Positions 59,087 through 64,000 of a stretch of DNA of 64,000 nucleotides are shown here, piece by piece (within the stretch, counting starts at the first letter, position 1; every line of letters begins with the position of its first letter). Source of the DNA: an uncultured Verrucomicrobiae bacterium. Its GTDB lineage: Bacteria > Chlamydiota > Chlamydiia > Chlamydiales > Rhabdochlamydiaceae. Under the pieces are notes generated by a model. That model was not told where the DNA came from, searched no databases, and was given only the letters and a program-made list of their open reading frames with translations. The position numbers were made by a program, and so were the translations under genes. Location of the stretch: the NCBI GenBank assembly GCA_963731265.1, contig CAVSUE010000001.1:1-64000 (forward strand), given 5' to 3'.

Positions 59087-59911
59087 TTATGTTGCAGCAA
59101 ACATTTTTTGCAAATTCGGTTTTCTCCTTTCTTCGAGCTTGTCGATGACGATGGCCGATGCGACATTGTGAACCACGAGGCAGAGCATGTTTAGCGGCCA
59201 GCCACGGTACCATTTGCTGACGACTTTTCTCGATAATAGATGAGTAGGACTGATCTTTAGGGCTTGCTTTAAGGTATTTCCCATGTCGAATGGAGCTCCT
59301 ATTAAGCTTACTACCAATCCGGATTTGACCCCAATGATTGTCAGTTCGCGAAGGGATAATTTTTCTTCGGGTTTTTTTTGAGCTCGATCGCGGAAATATT
59401 TCTGGGCGGTCAGAAATGTTGACCGATTCACGCTGAGTTTTGTCCAGTGGGTAGTAAAACCGGTCCAGCCATCTTGGTATACATTGCTGAAAGAAAAAGT
59501 GGATTTACCGGTAAATGCCGACGTAATTTTCATTCTTTCTAGTGGTGTGGAAACGGCAGCATCGATTGTGGCAATCGCAAGTCCCGTGAAAATTTCTCGA
59601 CGGTAATCCGTGATGTGGTGACCCTCCAAAAAAAGGGGGAGGCCCGTCATCATCGGCCAGCTCCACAATTGTTTCAGACTTGTTCTTAATAAGTCGGCGG
59701 AAAGGCCCTGATAAAACGCTTTGGCTCCTTCTTGCCGAAATAATGTAAGGGCGATCTGATAACATTTTTCAGACTTCCCGGAACATTGCTGGCGGATTTT
59801 GACTACTTCCAAGGGATAAATCAGCGAATGTACAGCAATGCCTCTTGCAACGCCCCAGAGACTGCTTTTGATCAAATGCAGGGAAGTGGAATTGTCTACA
59901 TAGCTACTCAT
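59087..59911 (-). CDS. mitochondrial carrier family (SLC25-like) protein
   Basis: Three repeats with signature Px[DE]xx[KR]: YPLEVVKIR, TPLERMK and a degenerate APFDMGNT; also FYQGL..LLR and WYRG. Confidence 0.8.
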   Translation of the reverse strand: MSSYVDNSTSLHLIKSSLWGVARGIAVHSLIYPLEVVKIRQQCSGKSEKCYQIALTLFRQEGAKAFYQGLSADLLRTSLKQLWSWPMMTGLPLFLEGHHITDYRREIFTGLAIATIDAAVSTPLERMKITSAFTGKSTFSFSNVYQDGWTGFTTHWTKLSVNRSTFLTAQKYFRDRAQKKPEEKLSLRELTIIGVKSGLVVSLIGAPFDMGNTLKQALKISPTHLLSRKVVSKWYRGWPLNMLCLVVHNVASAIVIDKLEERRKPNLQKMFAAT

Positions 59912-59935
59912 GAAATGTGCTCCTGAAGGATTTTA

Positions 59936-60094
59936 GAGTTGGTCTACGATTTTGTTGTTTGATTTTCGATGATTTTTTCTTTAGGATCTAATTCGGTGCC
60001 GCAGTACATAGTTAATTAACTAGGACAAGGCGCCGAATTAGATCCTAAAGAAAAAGGCGCGAAAAGAAATTAACAAAAATCCGTGGACAGACTC
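59936..60094. mobile_element. palindromic MITE (same family as 24875), TTA duplication; supplies the MFS stop codon
   Basis: TTA-gagtt...acagactc-TTA; arms tctttaggatctaattcgg / ccgaattagatcctaaaga. Confidence 0.8.
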
Positions 60095-61308
60095 TTAGAC
60101 TTTTGCGATGCAACAATGACCCAACAGCTAGCTATTGCTAAGGCCATCCAATACCAAGAAACGCTTGCGATCATTCCTGTTTTTTTAAAGCTCCAAAGAG
60201 CCAACGCTGCCGTCGGGCTTCCTAAAAGTTGTGAGCCGAGTGCATAGCCTAAAGAGATGACCCCATACCGGCAGTGGGAAGGAACGAGCTGCTGTGCCCA
60301 GGCGTGGAAAGGGGCAAAAAAAGCGACGCCAAAAACGACAAAGAGGGTTCTGACTCCGATGACACCTCGAAAAGAAGCTCCTTTTAAGGATAAAAACAAA
60401 GGGAGCGAGAGGGCAACGACTCCTAATGCGGCCGAAAGCATCAGTTTTTCCCTTTGAATTTTCGAAGAAAGATACCCGAAAAAAGGCAAAGCGCAAAAGT
60501 CAAAAATGAGCAAATAGGTATTGATCTGCAGGACTTCCGCTTTTGTCATAGAGGAGACCAAAGGGACAAACCCGTTCATCAAGATCAGCGCAATAGAATA
60601 AGTCGCATGGGCAAATCCTGAACAGATCACAATGGACAAAAGAGGCTTTCGATAGGAAGTGAAAATGTCTTTTAAGTTAGGAGAGAATTTCATCCTTGGC
60701 TTGACAGAAGCGGCAGAAAACCGAAAGAGGCAACCAAACAATCCGGTGATGCAGCCGCATAGATAAAGCCAACGCCAGCCGGGATCGATGACGTTGTACC
60801 GGCTTAATAAAAAAACTCCCAAGGATGCTAGAAGATGGCCACCCATGGAGGAGGCGCTGTAAAGACTACTGAGTAGATCGTGCCGTTTTTCCGATGCATT
60901 TTCCAAAAGAAAAATCGCGCCGCCCATGATTTCCCCTGCTGCTAAAAAATTTTGCAGGACTCTTCCCAAACAAAAGAAAATAGGGGCGAGAATGCCTGCC
61001 TGTAGAAAGGTCGGACTGAAGGCAATGCAGCCCGAGACGAAGGACATGCCCGCTAACGTGAGAAATAGGGCGTGCTTGCGCCCATAAACGTCCCCAATGT
61101 AGCCGAACACTAACGATCCAAGAGGGCGCGCAAGTATTCCTAAGGGGATCATGGCATAGGTCAATAGGAGCGCTGTGATGGGCTCTTGCTTAGGAAAAAT
61201 CAAGGGAGCTAAAAATGCAGATAAGTACCCAAATAGAGCGGTATCATAGTGCTCAAAAAGATTGCCAACGCAGGCATTCCACATTTGTAAGCGTGAGGCA
61301 ATTTTCAT
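60070..61308 (-). CDS. MFS transporter (ProP/MHS-like)
   Basis: GNLFEHYD, RPLGSLVFGYIGD.YGRK and about 12 TM segments. Confidence 0.88.
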   Translation of the reverse strand: MKIASRLQMWNACVGNLFEHYDTALFGYLSAFLAPLIFPKQEPITALLLTYAMIPLGILARPLGSLVFGYIGDVYGRKHALFLTLAGMSFVSGCIAFSPTFLQAGILAPIFFCLGRVLQNFLAAGEIMGGAIFLLENASEKRHDLLSSLYSASSMGGHLLASLGVFLLSRYNVIDPGWRWLYLCGCITGLFGCLFRFSAASVKPRMKFSPNLKDIFTSYRKPLLSIVICSGFAHATYSIALILMNGFVPLVSSMTKAEVLQINTYLLIFDFCALPFFGYLSSKIQREKLMLSAALGVVALSLPLFLSLKGASFRGVIGVRTLFVVFGVAFFAPFHAWAQQLVPSHCRYGVISLGYALGSQLLGSPTAALALWSFKKTGMIASVSWYWMALAIASCWVIVASQKSKSLSTDFC

Positions 61309-62012
61309 AGGTCCTCTAAGAGTTTGGCCTGAATGGCTCGGATTTTCTGGGCGGTGAGCAACGGATCCATTACGTCCATCAGACCTCCTGCCATTGCAAT
61401 GCCATCGTCAAAACGGAGTTCTTTGTACACGGCTTCCGCCCGCTCTAGATGGATACCTCCAATGGCAACGATGCGATGAGAAGAAATGGCTCGTATGTTC
61501 CGTAGACCCTTCATGTCCCACAGTTGATCATTCCGGGGACAGGTTCGGTTAGATGCGGAAATTTTAACGCTGATGTAATCGACCTCGTTGGTCTGTGTAA
61601 CCGCTACGACATCATCCATTGTTTTGACGGGTATGCCGATAATTCCCTTTTCTCCTAATCGCTTTCTTGCTTCCGAATAGGGAAAATTTTCCTCTAAATA
61701 GACGCCATGGGCACCGATGGCTTGCGCCACTTCAAGCGGATTTAAGGTATTGATAAAGAAAGAAGTTCCCTCAAGGATCCGCTTCAAACGGGCTGCTGTT
61801 TTTAAAATGACTTCGAAATTACTCTGATGATCGCGGAGTTGGACACAGGTGACGCCGCCTTTTACAGACTCCAAGATCCTCGAAAAAAATACTCCTTCAT
61901 CTTGAAAAGAGGGACGATTGGCAACGAGATAAAGGGAAAGATCAAAACCAGGCCGTTCTTTTGGAAAGTGTAGACGGCTGCAAGGAAAAGCGCGGCGGCA
62001 GATCGCTGACAT
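61305..62012 (-). CDS. thiamine-phosphate synthase (ThiE/TenI)-like protein, degenerate motifs
   Basis: DLSLYLV, GGVTCVQLR, VAIGGI; AAGGAG RBS; lies downstream of the TPP riboswitch. Confidence 0.75.
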   Translation of the reverse strand: MSAICRRAFPCSRLHFPKERPGFDLSLYLVANRPSFQDEGVFFSRILESVKGGVTCVQLRDHQSNFEVILKTAARLKRILEGTSFFINTLNPLEVAQAIGAHGVYLEENFPYSEARKRLGEKGIIGIPVKTMDDVVAVTQTNEVDYISVKISASNRTCPRNDQLWDMKGLRNIRAISSHRIVAIGGIHLERAEAVYKELRFDDGIAMAGGLMDVMDPLLTAQKIRAIQAKLLEDL

Positions 62013-62085
62013 ATCGTAACTCCTTGGTTGAAAAAAAATGAACCACCAGGGAGAAAAACGAGGATAGAAATGAAGTTGCTCATCC

Positions 62086-62205
62086 ACACTTCCTACGCTG
62101 GCATTACCCAGATCAGGTGTATGAACCTATCAGCATCTTGCTGATAGCTTCAAAGGGTCTCTCTCAGCTAAGTTGCTTTTGAAGCAGACTTAGCACCCCT
62201 GGTGT
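62086..62205 (-). ncRNA. TPP riboswitch with an extra stem-loop
   Basis: Minus strand GGGGTGC...GCTGAGA...ACCCTT...ACCTGATCTGGGTAATGCCAGCGTAGGAAG. Confidence 0.9.
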
Positions 62206-62307
62206 TATTCCAAATAAGGTTACATGGCCTCGAAATTTATCGGCAAGTTTAAATGGATGCAAATCCTATTTTTTGTTATTAAGAAGTGAACATTTAAGAG
62301 AAAAAAA

Positions 62308-64000
62308 ATGAGTCGGCTTTCAGAACTGTTAAGATGCATTCCTCTGATTTCTGTTTTTTTGGTTTTTCCAGCATTTTCCGATGACTATTCGGACGATAGC
62401 CTTGCAGAATTCTCAAGGATAAAGGAAGAACTTATCGAGCAGAAAAGAAGGCTCGTCGAAAAAGAAAAACAGCTTATCAAAAAAAACAGAGAACTGACGG
62501 AGAATGAAAAACAAATTTCTCAAGAGAGACAGCTCCGGATTGAACAACGTGAGCTTCGGGCTGCATTAGATGTGGAGAAAAAAAATGAAGACCAAGAGCT
62601 TTTCTCTTCATCAGATGTGCAGGAAGAAATTGAAGAACAAGAGGTTGTGTCTTCATTAGATGTGCAGGAAGAGCGGGACGAAACTCTTCTTGTGCAAGAA
62701 GATCAACAACAGGCACAACCGCAAGCTTCCCTGCCTTCTTCGCAGACTCATAAACGTCAAGCACGCGCCGAAGAATGTGGGTCGCCTTTCCGCATTATGC
62801 ACGTCGGGGTGCGCCATACGGAAGCTCGCGGGGTGGGCTACAAGAAAGGTTACACGACTTTAGAAGGGTTCGGGATTTGGGATCGCGATAGCGCGATGAT
62901 GCCATTCCTCGATGTGCGCGGCCATGTGTTCGATAATGGTAAATGGGCAGGCAATGTGGGAGCTGGGGCTAGAAGCTATCTCCGTTCGATCGACCATGTG
63001 CTTGGCGCTTATTTATACTACGATATTCGGCAAGGGAGCCACAGCCTCACTGCGCAGCAATTGAGCCCAGGCGTTGAACTTTTAGCAGACCGGATGGAGT
63101 ATCGGATTAACGGCTATTTTCCTGTCGGGAATAAAAAAACTCGGAAATACGGTTTCGAATTTGCCGAATTTGACGGGAACGACATTATCCTGAAAAGCAA
63201 GCAACAGCGCGTGATGACGGGAGGGGATGCGGAAGTCGGCGCCCACCTAACTCAAAGTACAAAGTATGACATTTATGCTGGAGCAGGGCCTTATTACTTC
63301 ACCTCGACTCATGAATCAGCCTGGGGAGGAAAAGTGAGATTGCTGGGGCGTTACAAGCAATACGTATCCCTGGAAGCTTCTTATTCTTACGATCATCTTT
63401 TTAAAAATGTTGTTCAAGGCACCGTTGCCCTGAATATTCCTTTTGGCAATAAGATGAGGCGAAAAGACGAAAAATGCACAGGAGGGATTCACCTCGCGCT
63501 CGCACGCGCGGCCTTTGCGCCCTATCGGTTTGAGATCCCTGTCATCAAAAAAGTTTCCCGAAAAGAAAAGGCGATCAATCCGGCCACAGATCGAGCGTGG
63601 ACAGTATGGTTCGTCAATAATACCAGCAGTTCTTCCGGGACTTTTGAGAGCCCGTTCCCAACCTTGGCATTGGCGGAAAGTGCTTCTTCGGAAAATGATA
63701 TCATCTATGTTTTCCCAGGAGATGGTACCACGACCGGGATGGATATCGGGATTACTTTGCAAAACTCACAATACTTATGGGGTTCGGGAAACTCGCATTC
63801 TCTCCAAACGACGAAAGGAAAAATCAAAATACCTTTCTTTACAAACTCTGCTCCCTCGATCACCAATACCGCTGGCGATGTTGTCGACTTGGCAAGTGGA
63901 AATGAAGTCTCAGGTTTCAATATTCTTGTCGGTACAGCTGGGTCTTCAGGAATTTTCGGCAGCATGGTAAAAATTGGGGCGACGATTACTGATAATTTGA
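62308..64000 (+). CDS. inverse-autotransporter-type protein, paralog of 11518..13617 (runs off the window end)
   Basis: The frame from ATG 62308 reaches the window end and is absent from the ORF track (no stop). Signal peptide, Glu/Gln-rich coiled coil, then HVGVRHTEARGVGY..GYTTLEGF. Confidence 0.85.
   Translation, partial: MSRLSELLRCIPLISVFLVFPAFSDDYSDDSLAEFSRIKEELIEQKRRLVEKEKQLIKKNRELTENEKQISQERQLRIEQRELRAALDVEKKNEDQELFSSSDVQEEIEEQEVVSSLDVQEERDETLLVQEDQQQAQPQASLPSSQTHKRQARAEECGSPFRIMHVGVRHTEARGVGYKKGYTTLEGFGIWDRDSAMMPFLDVRGHVFDNGKWAGNVGAGARSYLRSIDHVLGAYLYYDIRQGSHSLTAQQLSPGVELLADRMEYRINGYFPVGNKKTRKYGFEFAEFDGNDIILKSKQQRVMTGGDAEVGAHLTQSTKYDIYAGAGPYYFTSTHESAWGGKVRLLGRYKQYVSLEASYSYDHLFKNVVQGTVALNIPFGNKMRRKDEKCTGGIHLALARAAFAPYRFEIPVIKKVSRKEKAINPATDRAWTVWFVNNTSSSSGTFESPFPTLALAESASSENDIIYVFPGDGTTTGMDIGITLQNSQYLWGSGNSHSLQTTKGKIKIPFFTNSAPSITNTAGDVVDLASGNEVSGFNILVGTAGSSGIFGSMVKIGATITDNL

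Overview
This window comes from an environmental Chlamydiota-type genome; the assignment is inferred from chlamydia-style secA, psd, pbp2, rpsB-tsf-pyrH-frr and effector-like ORFs. The housekeeping backbone comprises secA, psd, nth, mnmE, ruvAC, waaF, a second GT9, a UAP1-like uridylyltransferase, gpsA, nnr, Wza/Wzc-like and nucleotide-sugar genes, pbp2, rpsB, tsf, pyrH, frr and tRNA-Gly/Glu/Lys. Accessory content includes: a nested IS3/IS3/IS630 stack; two copies of an IS607 element with a large TnpB (catalytic residues intact), both inserted at TARGAG with an AG core; a TpsB-TpsA-inverse-autotransporter operon facing a secreted GH81 beta-1,3-glucanase (TpsA and the GH81 both carry polyproline runs); a NEL E3 ligase; a disrupted polymorphic toxin/immunity pair; a RelE/antitoxin pair; and a TPP-riboswitch locus (variant aptamer, degenerate ThiE, MFS) followed by a eukaryote-type mitochondrial carrier. 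Many palindromic MITE-like elements occur. One is nested inside another, and one sits in frame inside the 5' end of the essential pyrH gene, where it supplies a new RBS and start codon. A 3 x 131 bp tRNA-linked repeat follows tRNA-Lys. All calls come from reading motifs by eye; no database searches were run.
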